64,000 nt of DNA from Albugo candida (Eukaryota): positions 1-64,000 of the forward strand of contig JBDOQK010000036.1 of the NCBI GenBank assembly GCA_040437565.1, read 5' to 3'. The notes below the pieces were generated by a model. The model did no database searches and was not told where the DNA came from. It was given only the letters and a program-made list of their open reading frames with translations. This document shows positions 1 through 13,400 of the stretch, piece by piece. The stretch's first letter is position 1; each line of letters starts with the position of its first letter. A program made the position numbers and the translations under genes.

Positions 1-686
1 GGATTGGGCCAGTAACAAGGATAACCGGAAATCAACATCTGGGTTTATGGTTATGTTGAATTCATCTCCAGTCGTTTATAAATTGAAATTACAGCAAAGT
101 GTAGCTTTGAGTACAGCTGAGGCAGAATACATTGCTTTATCATTATGTATACAGGAGTCATTATGGACAAGGAATTTGCTATCCGAAATTGGTGTACGGG
201 ATATAGCCAGCGGTATCGTATATAAAGACAATCAGAGTGCAATAGCAATTGCAATGAATAACGGATATCAGAGTCGTGCGAAGCATATTGACATAAGATA
301 TCACTTCATTCGAGAACAAGTTCAACGAGGCAACGTAGAAATCAAGTATATGGAATCAAAGGATCCATGGGCCGATTTCTTAACGACAGCCATTTCGACG
401 AAACAATTCCAGAAATTCGTACGGAAATCAAATGTTAGGAATTGTACGCCGAGGGGGAGTGTCGCAATGGAATCAGCCAATCATCATATTGGAAAAGGAT
501 TCCACCAATCGAATGCTGATATGCGAAGTCAAGAAACAATGTAAAGATAGCGCATCATATTCCACCAATCAAGATTCATACAGCAGAGCTTACAAGACAA
601 CGCGTAAAGGCTAGGGCTTAGAATAGTAACAACAACTAAGGACCCTAATAAATTCACTTTCCATTTTATCAACTAAAACAACAACA
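1..686 (+). mobile_element. 3' end of Ty1/copia LTR retrotransposon (RNase H, PPT, 3' LTR)
   Basis: Frame from position 2 reads DWASNKDNRKSTSG...QQSVALSTAEAEYIAL...DNQSAI...RAKHIDIRYHFIRE...ADFLT, the copia RNase H signature. Polypurine tract GAGGGGGAG at 451-459 is followed directly by TGT at 460. Confidence 0.93.
460..686 (+). repeat. Putative 3' LTR (~227 bp)
   Basis: Starts TGTCG right after the PPT and ends CAACA at 686. Sequence after 686 switches abruptly to a unit that recurs at ~1302. Confidence 0.65.
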
Positions 687-1660
687 GTTCTTTTCATTAT
701 TTGATGAGCAAACATCAAGTATTCTTAATGTCTTATCACTGAGAGCTTTTGGTGTACGAAACATTGTGGCAGTGCCTACTTCTATTTTTCTTTTTAATAA
801 GGAAAAAAGTGGGTGTTCGTCGAGGCTTAAAACAGCTCCCAATCCTATCAAGTTGTAAGATTTCCAAGAATCGCNNNNNNNNNNNNNNNNNNNNNNNNNN
901 NNNNNNNNNNNNNNNNNNNNNNNNNNNNNNNNNNNNNNNNNNNNNNNNNNNNNNNNNNNNNNNNNNNNNNNNNNTTCGTTCTGGTAGGGAGAAAGGTATT
1001 GTTTGTCCAGGAAAAGTACACCTCCTAAACGTATCAGGTTGAAAGATTTACACAGCCAGCGTGCAGGATACCCTGGTGTATTTTCCCAATTATGTATCCT
1101 TTTAATTACTATCCATGAGTGCTGTCGCGTGATAATAGTACTCGGTTAGCAAGACATTGACAGAAATCTGGCTGAAAATGTCCACCATTTCAAGATCCCG
1201 ACGAAATTCGCTGTATATATTCTATCCTTAAAAAATACCACAAATTTAAATCACAGGATTCATTTATTCCACGAGTTCCTCCTATATTTCGTATAACATA
1301 GGTTTTTTTCATTATTTGATGAGCAAACATCATGTATGCTGTATGTCTACTTCTTGATACCTATTGTTCTAACGAAAAATAGTGCCAGTGCACTTCGGCT
1401 ATTTTTCGTTCTGGTAGGGAGAAAAGTATCTGTTTTGTCCAGGCAAAGTACACCTCCCAAACGCATCAGGTTGAAAGATTTCCAGCAAGCGTGGAGGAAT
1501 CCCTGGTGTATATTCCCAATTTTGTGTCCCATGAATTATTACCCATGAGTGATGTTGCGTGATAATAGTACTCGGTTAGCAAGACGTTGACAGAAATCTG
1601 GCTGAAAAAGTCCACCATTTCAAGACGCAGACGAAATTCGCTATCCATATATATATCCTT
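687..1660. repeat. Diverged tandem duplication (975-1229 vs 1405-1660; 688-720 vs 1302-1333)
   Basis: Blocks such as TTCGTTCTGGTAGGGAGAAA, GCGTGATAATAGTACTCGGTTAGCAAGAC and TTTTCATTATTTGATGAGCAAACATCA occur twice with many substitutions and indels, unlike the near-identical gap-flanking duplications. Confidence 0.85.
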
Positions 1661-4600
1661 GATGGCCGTCAATGCCTCGAGTATTTTGGGGTCCACATTA
1701 CTGCATGCATTTCCCACCTCACGCGCAACTGCCTCTGCAATCTCGGTAGGCGGAATAAGGCGATATGGTTGCGGTTACCCGGTGCGGTTGCGCGCCCTCA
1801 GCGCGCGTGGGAAGTATAGGCGTCCTTGGGCTCACAACTTTTAATTTGTTTTCTTGAGTGCAAATTTGAAACCGTTATTAAATTTTATCAATGCATTTCC
1901 CATGTATTCTATCCGCTTACAAACTACAACATTTCGCACTCTACTAAACGACACGGTCGTTGATGACATCGTATATATCGGCCATCTTTCAACATATAGA
2001 ACTCTCGCACCGTAAATGAAAAGCATGGCCACAGGCAAAACGTGCCGATTTTTTTGCAGATCAACCCATCGCGAGTAAACTATTTCCATTCATCTTACAG
2101 GCGCTTTAAGTTTTGATGATTCACAATAGTAATAGCCAAGATGCAACACTACCAAATCTTGATTTAAATCATTTCTCGCCGCATAATTGTATCGGCTTAG
2201 TATATATGTAATGTCTGCACGTGAAACCCTATGTAGCTAGTGCGACCGCCACAATGAAGGTTGACCTGTAGATGGTATGACTCACAGAGCGAGGGGTTGT
2301 GAGTGGGAGAGATGTTGTCATCGGCACAGGTGGGGGGAGAGAAACCACAACAAAGAGATATCTTCTGCAGAACTATGGAATTTAGCACGTGGTATCTCTC
2401 GCTATGCGTGAAACAATCGGACGTCAGAAGAAATCTCGTAGGTTCTAGGTTGATGTGCACATTTATGCCATGCATCCCAGCGATGTACGCGGCATACAAA
2501 TCAGAACTATAAAGCAACGTCATCATCGGTCTTCCCGCAAATAGAACCTTATAGAGACTTTAAAAAGATACTGTATACTCCATTATCCCAACAAACCATT
2601 GTGAGCGAATTCGACGGTGTTTTTGTTAATCTCAAAATCAGCGTAATATGCCAGTAAGGTGGATCTATGTAACCAATTATCACGAGCATACTAAGATGCT
2701 AATGTCTGTCAGGTCCAGTCTTCATCTTTGTCAGGATTCTTTCTTTTCTTCTCTGAAGTTAATCGAAACTTTCTTGCAGCAACGGTGCTATCGAAAGACG
2801 TCGAATCAGCCGGACACGAATTCATTGAGAGTATGACCACATTCCGATCAAGCGCTTTAGCAAGCTTGCCCCGTATATACATGTCAGAGAAAAGCTAATA
2901 ACCATCTTATTCATGGCATGTGGATACAGAGCCAATCGCATGGCTTCTTTGTAAACCACCTTTTCGTTTGTTGAACATACTTCCACTCCGTTTCAAATCG
3001 AAAACTTCTTGTAGGTTCAATCATCTAAGCAGTAGAGAAGAAGCGACGACGTCACACACGGCCATGTTTAATCATTCGATACCCCTTGCAAGATGTCTCA
3101 AATACATAAATCTGCGATATCTATACCTTCCCGTAGCTTCTCGTTCTATATTCATCAAGATAGCCTCCACTTTCTACCTAAACACATTATATTGTCGCCC
3201 GAAAAAAACATCTTTAGAATGTATCTAAGTTTCTGGAGATTAAAACGATTGAAGTCAGGATAATTGAATTGTTGTAGTGGCATACATACCCGATATTTAT
3301 TTGTAGCTTGTTTCGTGACTATTTATTTCCCAACGTAAGTTTTTCCTGAGTAGCTTCTCACTCTGATGAATTGTCTGATCTGACCTTGATTTCTATTAGA
3401 GGATAACAAGCACACTAGCGCGTCGCAGTCCAAAAGTATGTGAGCGAGGACCTGTCAAGTCTGGTGACTGCGTATGTTATTTTGTCCCGATGACATTCCC
3501 ACCACAGCTAGTTACGTCGCTCATGCGTGCATCTCGCCGAGCTGTTTTTCCATCAATGTTTGTTGTGGCGATAAGACGCCGATAGGGCCGATTACTAAAA
3601 TATCAGTGGTACAATCACGGGCGACGGCGTTGCCCCCCCCCTCCTTACCGTTAATCTCAAATCCTCAATAATTTGCACTGATTTTTCTTTTAAACTCGCA
3701 GGTAGCAAAACGTTTCCCTACAAATGGTCTATACTAAGGAGAAAGATCCATAATTGCATTTACAAGACTGGAAGTAAATTCTGAACTTGACTGCTGGCAT
3801 GATGAAGCACACCAGCCAATAAATGCGTAAGTGTGGCATCATCGCACGTGAGGTCTAGTTTGCCCCTTATCGATCATCGTTATGAGAAAAGCTGGTAATG
3901 AAACGGACTATTAATGTTTCGATTGTGCGCATGACTATGCTGCCGCAGCGAAGAAGGCAGCTTACCTTGTAACTCTAGCCATGACAGCAAACCCAGAAAA
4001 CCCTTTGGAACACTCTCGGCGATGAGTAAAAGTGCTAGTAAATGACTCCAGATTTCTTCGAGAAGAGGTGAACGCTTGTGTTACTCTTTTCTGACTTTTA
4101 CTTCACCTATATCATGCATTGCAATTCAGTTATGGCACCTTGCAAGTGTTCGTGAAGTACCGTCAGCGTATTGTGACCTTTTTCTACGGCGAAAACAACT
4201 TTTCAGTACCTTTCCCGAGCTGGGGTAGAAATGCATAGACTAATCAAAGTAGATGAGATAGATGGAGATCATCCGATCAAACCGTGAAACCACTGCGAAA
4301 ATATCATATCAGCAAAAGAAAACTACAACTTTTTTAGTGGAACGCCACTAGACGAATTTCTTGACACCCTTAGAGTGGGTAGTTTTTCCACTTGGACTCA
4401 AAATTACAAAATCGATATGAACAGAAGTTAGCAACACTAATAGATTTTTTCCTGCGTCAGTTTTCTCGTTACCAATACTATATCAAGTTGAGTAGTGGAA
4501 CAGATAAACATAGGTGCTCTACTAAAAGTTATGAGACGACATCGTGTGGGTTGAGGTGGATTATGGAATCAGCTACCTAGAAGATCAACAATATTTTAAC

Positions 4601-4684
4601 GCAGTAAGTGTGTGATGTTGTTGATGTATAGCATGGTACTGTACTTTTGTTGGTCTGCTTTTTTGGCATTCACTGTAAAAATCA

Positions 4685-5928
4685 ATGTTTAATCATTCAG
4701 AGTTCAGTAGTCTTACAAGCATGCATTGGATGCGCTCAATATGTCCTCAATACAGATCCGTGTCTCGTTCATCTCCTCTTCGAAACCATAAAAAGTTGTA
4801 CCATATGCCTGTTCTGGTAAAACAAGTAACAAAACTATTGGCACCCGGAGAAGTGAAGGTACCTCGGTACTTTGTAGACGCAACAGCGGGCTGTGCTGGA
4901 CATGCACAGAAGATACTGGAGAGCGATCCGAATATGCAAATGCTTTGCATAGATCGAGATCCAGCTATCTTGTCGATAGCCATCAGTAATCTGAAAAAGT
5001 TCAAAGGTCGGGTCAAATTTATTAATGGATCGTACGCCGAATTGGACAAGCATCTGTCTGTCGCGGGTTTTCCATGTGAAGTTTCTGGAATATTAGTAGA
5101 TCTTGGAGTGAATAGTCTACATTACGATAAACCTGAGAGAGGTTTCAGCTGGCTACGGGATGGTCCTTTGGATATGCGGTTCGATGAGTCGGATTCGGCC
5201 ATAAGTACAGCGGCTGACGTACTGGAGACATTTTCGGAGGTAGATTTGACACGAATATTTCGAAAGTATGGTGAGCTTAAGCACGCCAAAGAGTATGCTA
5301 AAGCTATCGTGCGAAAGCGCGAAACAGCGACGTCGGAAGTACGAGCATTCGAAACAACATTCGATCTACGTGGCGTAATTGAAGAAGTTGCAGCTAAATG
5401 GAAATTAAAGAGGCCGTCTTCAAATTCTCTTCCAACAAGTCGTTCAAATTTGGTACGTCCGATTACTGCGTGCTTTCAAGCTCTACGCATACAGGTGAAT
5501 AATGAGCTCGCAAATATTCATGAAGGAATTCCGGTGCTCACCAACCATCTGGCACCTGGTGCGCGCTTAGGTACTGCTATTTATTTGCTGCAGAGTTAAT
5601 TGTAGCTCTCCCTTCTTTCGTTGACATAGCAACCATAGCTTTTCATTCATTAGAGGACCGGCCGATTAAGCATTTCTTTCGTACTTTGGTGAGCCGATAG
5701 CAAATCGTGTGTGTTCAATCAATATAAACAATGTTAATCCGGGTATGTCAGGCTCATGAAGATAAGAATGGACAGGTAGACTCCCTGCATCACGACGTCG
5801 CGGATTCTTTGCACGGGAAAAGGTTCCAGCTCATTTGTAATAAAGCGATCAAACCATGCAGAGAAGAAGTTGCTTGTAACCCGCGCTCCAGAAGCGCCCG
5901 ATTGCGATGTCTGGAAAGAGTCAAATGA
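4685..5928 (+). CDS. METTL15: RsmH/MraW-family rRNA m4C methyltransferase (METTL15-like, probably mitochondrial); exons 4685-5570, 5630-5688, 5752-5928
   Basis: Motifs HMPVL, VDATAGCAGHA, IDRD, LVDLGVNSLHYDKPERGFS, DGPLDMRFD, FQALRIQVNNEL. Splicing at GT-AG introns restores AFHSLEDRPIK and the C-terminal NPRSRSARLR. Confidence 0.93.
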
Positions 5929-6113
5929 ATCCAGTGGATCAGTAGCATCAAGTTGGCTTTAGTGTGCAAGCTTACTTCGATAAACATACAAATATATCAC
6001 TGTGTCATACCTACACGATCGGACTGGAAATATAACAATTCAGTGATAGGAAATTTCTGGCAGGCTTCAAAGACTGGAGATCTCAAACAAATCTCGTATG
6101 TCTAACATGTATT

Positions 6114-6519
6114 TCAGCTGTGATAGATTTCTCTGGGGAGCAGCTTCTTTGATTTTCTGCATGTGTCGCAGTTTTTGAGTGCGTGATAGTATTTTAATGA
6201 TGTACATGTCTTCACGCCAGCACGATTGTATAGGCACGCGTAGCCTTTATTCGGATACTTTCCCCACACAGGCATCTCCACTCCTCTTTTCATTCTGACT
6301 AAACGGCACGTTGCATCTCGCAAGTTGTAGTAAAGAACGGTGAAGCCACCCAGGAAGTCGAAATGGCATTGAAATGTGCGGTCAAAACAATAAGAAGACC
6401 TAGCTTTCATGGATAGTTTTGGTTATGCGAGGAAGTTTGATCTCGGAAGCAGGCTATACTAATAGAATGTCTACAAGCGATAGCAATGAAAGTACATTCG
6501 ATAACTTGAAGTCGAACAC
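6114..6519 (-). pseudogene. Decayed secreted protein, CCG-effector-like
   Basis: Signal-peptide-like stretch (V/M)FDFKLSNVLSLLSLVDILLV*PASE, and GYACLYNRAG at 6216-6245, one substitution from CxxCxxxxxG, followed by a second Cys pair. Stops and a frameshift present. Confidence 0.45.
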
Positions 6520-8494
6520 GGTCAAAAGGACATGGTCTATACAAGAAATCCATTATACTGCATCTTCAAATCAAGTCATATACAATAAGTACCTGGTGTT
6601 AAGTTTAAATCATCTTTCCTTCAGATCTCGAGTACTACTCTAAAGCCGAATTTACTAAAGTAGACAAATTTTGCGTAAAAGGGACGATTTCAAGTTGGGT
6701 AAAGCTAGTACTGNNNNNNNNNNNNNNNNNNNNNNNNNNNNNNNNNNNNNNNNNNNNNNNNNNNNNNNNNNNNNNNNNNNNNNNNNNNNNNNNNNNNNNN
6801 NNNNNNNNNNNNNCTGAAAGCTTTTTTATGAAAAGGAAGCAAAATTATGTTAGAAACCGTACAAAAGATTACACACAAAGACTTGCTGTTAAGAAGTATA
6901 TTGAGAGCTCCATAGCAACCTATCTTATGTTTCTCTTTCGACCCTTCACTGTCTACGACTCTTCATGGGATCGTGGTCTTCCATTACTGAAGATCTTCAA
7001 GTTACCGTCGCTGTATTCAGTAGATGTAGAGGCGGTTTCCAACACATTATACGCAAAAGTAGCGCAGATCTATGATCTAATGAATAGCTACCTCAGAATT
7101 CATTCAAGCAAATTTCGAAAGCTGTATCAGTCTATATCAGATAGAGCATCCACCATCCAGATATCGTGATCTGTCATTCTCTAGCATTTTATTCGAGGCT
7201 ACGTCATGTGATGGGGTCGGTGCGCTCTCAGTGACTGCAAAGAGACTCTCCTGTTACGCAAGTAGAGATCTTGATCACGCCAATCGGATCGACTTCCTCC
7301 TATAGCACGGGAACCTCGAGCAGTACACCAGAATGTGAAGGGCACTATGCACAGAAAAGATCCATGCACTGCGCATGATTATGAAGTTCGTCCGAACGCA
7401 CAAAGTTGACCAGCCATATTCATGACACCGTGCAAATTCACAGTTTGCTTCCTTCATGTTTCATGCTTTCGCATTTGATTGCACATTAGCACTAATCTCA
7501 TCAAAAGAGAACAAGAATCAACTCTTTTTTGCAACGCTGAACCTTGCGCCTAACACAGCTTCGGTCTTTACTTTGCGCATTACAAGCTTTTTAGTGAACA
7601 TCCATATCGAAAAAAATTTCAACTGTACATTTTTCGTCATCTAGATAATATTCCTTCTATTTACGATTATTAGCCCTGACCAGATAGCTTCCCGTGCTCA
7701 CTCAATGGCCAAAATCAGCTCAGTCTTTCCTTCGGTCTAATCAGATGCTAAAAGGTGATGTAATATACTCCATTGAATTTAATTCGCGAAGCGTGATGGT
7801 AGTGACGATTGCATGCTTGGCAGCACGCTGGAATTTTGATCGAGCTTCAATACCGTACTGTACATTATTGAGAGAGTTCAGATTCTCTGATATTGATACT
7901 TGATCAGGACGACACAGTACTTCAATGTTTTCTCGCTCGTTCAAGACGTGAAACCGTAGCAATCATTGACCATGACCGACGCAAATGTTCTTCGCACTGA
8001 GAATGCTGTTTCAGAGAGACGGTCCTACAGCACAAAGAAAACGGAGAAATTTTCCATGGAGTTTCTCGCTCTGCTTACATCAGTCTGACTTACCAAAAGA
8101 CAGCGGCATCTGAGAAAAGAACAACTTTTGGAACCAGATCGAAGAATTGCTTGCCACCATAGAGAAAAATTCTGAGTAAAGGACATCTTCATGATTTAAT
8201 AGCAACTGAAAAATATCAAACTGAGTACCGATTAATAACGTTTAAAGCACTGGTTGAGTCTTAACAAATTAGAAGACAGTATCGTTCATAGACAAAGAAC
8301 GATCATGAAAACATTGGACGGAGAAATTAAAGCAATTCGATTTCGTCTTGAAAGCATCGACGCAGGTCTAACGACGCTTCTCAATGCTACAGCTAAGGCT
8401 CATGCCTTTGGAACTGTACATAAGCATACTTAAAATAGCAATAATGTCTTACGATATATATCCGGACAACAGCAGTATGTACGAAGTCAACTAG

Positions 8495-8528
8495 CTCGAC
8501 GACGTCTCGTGCACGAGACGTAGTCGAG
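8495..8528. repeat. 34-bp near-perfect palindrome with a perfect 20-bp core
   Basis: CTCGAC-G-ACGTCTCGTGCACGAGACGT-A-GTCGAG; one mismatched pair. Confidence 0.9.
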
Positions 8529-11500
8529 TGTTACGGGATCTCACAATGTATTGCAACGTCATCAACACTTAATCATTTTTTGCATCGAATAAAATTGATA
8601 AGAAGCGAATGGTACGCGTGAGGGAAAAGATCATCATCAGATGCACCACCTTCCTTAGGAATGATTTGTAGAAGATCTTGGTTAGATACTTCGATTTTTT
8701 CATGTACGATTCACTGGTAGAACGATAAGAGCTCGTATATTTCTTGTAAGACTATCCAGCATACCCATGCGATGCGAGAAAATATCTAATCCGTGCGTTA
8801 GGTTGCGGTGAATCGAAAGGAAGTCTACATCATGATTAGTACTAGTATCGTCAAGACTGCTTACGTGGTGGCATCGAGTCCGTAGAAATGGGACTCTAGT
8901 TTTCTTTTTTTGATTAGCTAGAATGTTTCTAGCTATTGCAGACATGTTTTGGTAAGCGCGTTACGCTGCGAGCGGTCTTTTGCAAGCATTCTTAATATGT
9001 GTACATTTTTTGTTAAGGGAATAAAGATTTAAGGCAAGGCCATGTAAGGTTATAAAACGTTGTTGAGGACTGTTGGCAAGAAGTTAGTTGTTCATCACCG
9101 GTAGGGTAGAAGCGTTCCCTTGGGTATGGTACGAAGTGGTTTCTAATTGCAACGCTTGTATAAATCTTTCTTACTGCTTCATTCGAGATTGGAGTTTGAA
9201 GAGCTGAGTGAAGGTAACGCCAGTGATAACCTCAAGTTTATTTATGTCGCGTTCGGGTAAACCGCATATTTAACAATTTTGAAGCAAGGTAGGTAGCACA
9301 TTATATATCGTACAACCGGAAGCTTTTTTCTCTCCGTAAAAAACATGTGAATAAATCCGAAACACAACCGGTATGTGAACAATCAGTGGTAAACTTCTCG
9401 TACACTACAGGCAAAAACATGCGTGAGGAGAGTACGTTCATTCACAAAAGATACTGTTGAGCTCGCACATCGATAGTTCGCAGTCTTATTTTTGAAATTA
9501 AAGCTTCAAGTAGACCACTTCAGAAATTTGGAGAGAGGACAGAATCACCTTGCGATGCCACCAGGAAGTATTTTAGCATTCAGACTTCGTATTGGTTCAT
9601 CATGGAGCTGAGACCAAACAGATAATCATTTCGATCGATAGTGTCGAGTGTCTTGATGAGTTTAACCCGATAATGTCATACAGGTTCGCCTGGAGTCGAC
9701 ACGTTAGCTGCCTAAAGATTGGTTGGGCTTAGGGGTGGTCAGGATGTGACTATTTCGCAGAGTTCTTTTGGATTTTGAGTATGGTGGGTTATCACTTGGA
9801 ACAAGAAGATTGTTTACAACATGAGGACTATGTTGCAGAAATTCAACCGGCACGTGATCTTCACGTGTTACACAATTCTTCTTCCACAAGAAAACTTTTA
9901 GGCGGATTCTGCCCAGCGTAAACGTTACGTCCAAGTACTATGTTCCCGCGATGATATCTATAGACGAGGATTGTAAGACTGGGCCGACAGAAGAACTTGT
10001 GCTGGCTCGTGATGAATGTGGAGCTACCAATGACGCATCTATCCCGGTCACGTGCATATGTTTTTGTCGCTTCTGTGGCACTTCATTCTTTTCTATATGC
10101 TAAATCTATTCCGTATATTTTCTCTGGTCGAGGCCGTAATCTTGGAAAGATTCGAAAATGTGCTTTGGATTTCTAGTCGCACTTGGTACTTAGTCTAAAC
10201 GATTGGCTAGGATCATTATTCTCTACAAAGAAAAGCCAGTATTGGCAATCATCCTGGGAGGCAACCATCTCGGCTCACCAGCCAGCAGGTTATAAGCCCA
10301 ACCAAGATTCCACCAGCCAAGACCATCGAACAGATGAGTTGAAGATGGACCAAAAGATGATGCTGCTGAACAAGATCGAAACCGACCGAATCTTGGTCTC
10401 TACCGAGCCAGCACAACCTGCGCAAACGGAGGGCGTATTTGCTGTATCATGCAACCAAGTGAAGGGTTTCACAATGTCAATCATCCCTGGATGCGAAACC
10501 GATGAAGCATCGTGGAAGCGGGATGCGTAGAAGCTTTGTCCCTCCATGCAGCATTTTGCGCTAGACGGGCTAAACCGAGTCTGATTCCCGCCAGCAAGAA
10601 ATATAAAGCTCCCCATTCCGCAAGCTGATGGAAAAGGAGCATACTCGGGACTTGGAGCGCCACTTATCCGAAGTGATTATCATTTCTTGCGGCAACTATC
10701 GCATGTCCAGCAAGCATTCGGCGGGCTTTGGAGTGAGGAGGTGAATCCAGACTGCCTATGACAGATTTTTAGCGGGAATGCTCTCGCTTATTACTAATAG
10801 CAAGGGTTAAAATGAATGGATTGATGCTCTAGATTCGAAGAAGTGGTAGACCGCACCAACCAAGTGTTTTGGCCCAGCATCACCAGAATGCAGGCAGCAC
10901 GCTATCTTGCAGCAAAAAATCACTGAACGTTCTTGCAGCGAGCATTTTTTATTCTTGACGGCAGTCAGTAAATCAGTCGGTGAAACAGACAATATGCTCC
11001 TGGAAAGCGTTATCAAGCACGCAAAGCCTGGCTTTGAAAAAACCCCTGATGGCACGTGCCAACTCAATGAGAGAAGACATCAGAAGGCAAGTCGAGTAAC
11101 TGCGGCATTTTGCCCAGCTTATGGGGTCAAATATCATCAGTTATGCACCAAGAAAGCCAAAGAAATAGACTCGGGACCGAATCGATGCGATCAGAGAATC
11201 TAAGCCGAAGAAGCGAATTAACTGCTACATCATTTGCGGGAAAAGCGGACATATGATTGAGGTTGCTGGAACCAGATCTCCATCAGCAATGAGGCCATCG
11301 TTCTAAAGCTTCGTTCAGCACCTACTACCTTGGAGTACAAGGAGAAAGTATGGGTAATAGACAGCGTACCCGGCAGGCATCTCGTATCGGTTATGAACTT
11401 CTTACAGTATTAAAAGGAATGCAACGAATTATGCATACTTCTAAACGTGAGGTAAATGAAGCTAAGGTGGACAGCATCGGCGAAGATTATCGCAACAGTT

Positions 11501-12999
11501 AACGTTCCAGAAACGATGTGTAACATGAGGCAAAACTCTCTTGGAACAGTGCCTCGTATGGAAAGTTGGAGGCGAAAGGATGCAAACTGACGTATCAAGC
11601 AGATGGATCGAGCGTTTTTCAATGTACTTCCAATGGTGTGATCGTGGTCAGAGTAAATATGTTCAGGTACGTTATCGAGACAGAAGGTCGAGAACGCAAG
11701 TCCAGTGTTATGGATATGCTCGCTTCAATTAAGTACGTGGACAGAACAAAAAAGCAGATGGGATGTCTTCTGCACTTCTATCAAAATTTGCTCATCTGAA
11801 CTACAATACTATTGAGCGTATAACAAAGCTTTCGGATTCAGGATTGAGATTGATGCCAATCGGCGACTGGAATGCGTTACTTGCGCGGAAAGTAAGCAGA
11901 CAAAGAGCAAACAGTCTCGAAACGATACCGGTATAAAATCACCAGCAGAACGAATTGGTGGAGTTGTATGCAGTGATTTGAAGAACCCTATGATGCCTCA
12001 AGACCGACGTGGAAATCGATAATTGATCAATTTCATCGACTACAAGTCCAAGTATAGTCGGCTATTCTTGGCCAAGACTAAGATGAAGCAGCTACAAGCT
12101 TCAGGATTTCTTGTATTATTTTGATAAGCGATTTGATTACAAGATTCATGTCTTACGAAGTGATGACGGCGCGGAATACAGTAATGTTGACCTTTTTCGC
12201 AAAGAAGGGGAGTTTGAAGACAAATCAGTGGGGCCGAAAACCAAGCATCGAATGGGAAGTTGAACGAATGTATAAGACAGACATGAAGCTGGTGCGGTCC
12301 AAGATACTTGGAAGCTCTATGGCGTTATAGTTTTGGAGAGTTGCTACTTAATATGTGACGTATATTCTCAATAGTAGCTCAATCAGAGCGAATGAAGGAA
12401 GACACCCCCTTTGAAGGTTTTGACTGGGAAGGGTATAAGTCTTGTTGATGTCGGACCATTCGACTCACCTTGTTCGGTCCGAACACGAACTGGAAAAAGT
12501 TCTCTCGCAAATCGAAGTGAGCCAGGCACTGCTATCAGAAAATGCAATGAAACCAAGGGGTACAAAGTCTACTTACCCAAATCAAAGACTATAATGACTA
12601 CTGAACATATATCAAAAGTGGAGCCAACATTGGAAAAAAATCCCAAAGTGACAGATGCAGACATGAAAGATCCCGAGGATACCAACGTTGAAGGGTAATC
12701 AATCACAATGTTATAGGAACGTGCCACGATCTCATCAAAAAGGATCCAAGAAACAATATGGTTACCAGGAAGCAAGGAAGGAAAGCTAAGGCTCGAGATA
12801 TCGTGTCATTGCTGACCGAGTCGTAGCCTAAGATGTAGGATCAAGAAATGAAGTCAGTAAAGCATATTGAATGGTAGGAGACTGCCGACGCAGAACTAGC
12901 CTCACTAGAGGAAAATCTAACATGGACAATAGTATATACATTCATAACTTTCCACTGCCCAATTTACTTTCGAAGAAGGGATGAGGAGAGAACGGGTTT

Positions 13000-13400
13000 T
13001 ATTGGAGGTTCAAAATAGATTTTAACATTTTCTTCGGATATCGAGGGGATATGGGGCATGTTCTCCAATCGTTAAGCCTCAAGATGCTTCCTTGGAAAAA
13101 AGAAACCGAATGCGCCACATTGGCTGCCATCATTTTGCTTGTCGCAGTTTCTATTTTTGCCGTATAACTTATCCAGTTCTCGGCCGGCCAGAACGTTCTC
13201 AGGGACGTTTCCATGTGTTCCATGTCCTGCATCTCGAGCTTCACTGGTAGGTAAAATATACCAGGGGAAAATGTCTTGCCGGATCATCCCAAACGTACAC
13301 GTTCCAGTGCACATTCCGTGTGCAAACGTTGTTTCACAAAAGTCACACAAGTTGACGACTGGCCATGGAGGGATTCAAGAAAGATACTTCTTTTCCTTTT
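13000..13400 (-). pseudogene. Ulp1/C48-like cysteine protease remnant inside the MULE
   Basis: NVHWNVYVWD (His-Trp at 13304-13309) and KQNDGSQCGAF (13114-13137), matching the HW...QxxxxxCG signature; the two motifs lie in different frames. Confidence 0.65.

Noticed and set aside
2005..2040. RING-like ACGHAFHLRC on the minus strand
   Set aside because: Isolated short match; the remaining RING ligands are absent.
3631..3647. Minus-strand purine run AAGGAGGGGGGGGG as a gypsy PPT
   Set aside because: Not followed by a TG LTR start, and no integrase remnant recognised nearby.
8940..9245. Another possible CCG remnant (CQQ[C]LNN) on the minus strand
   Set aside because: Requires an inserted base and lacks the Gly; cannot be distinguished from chance.
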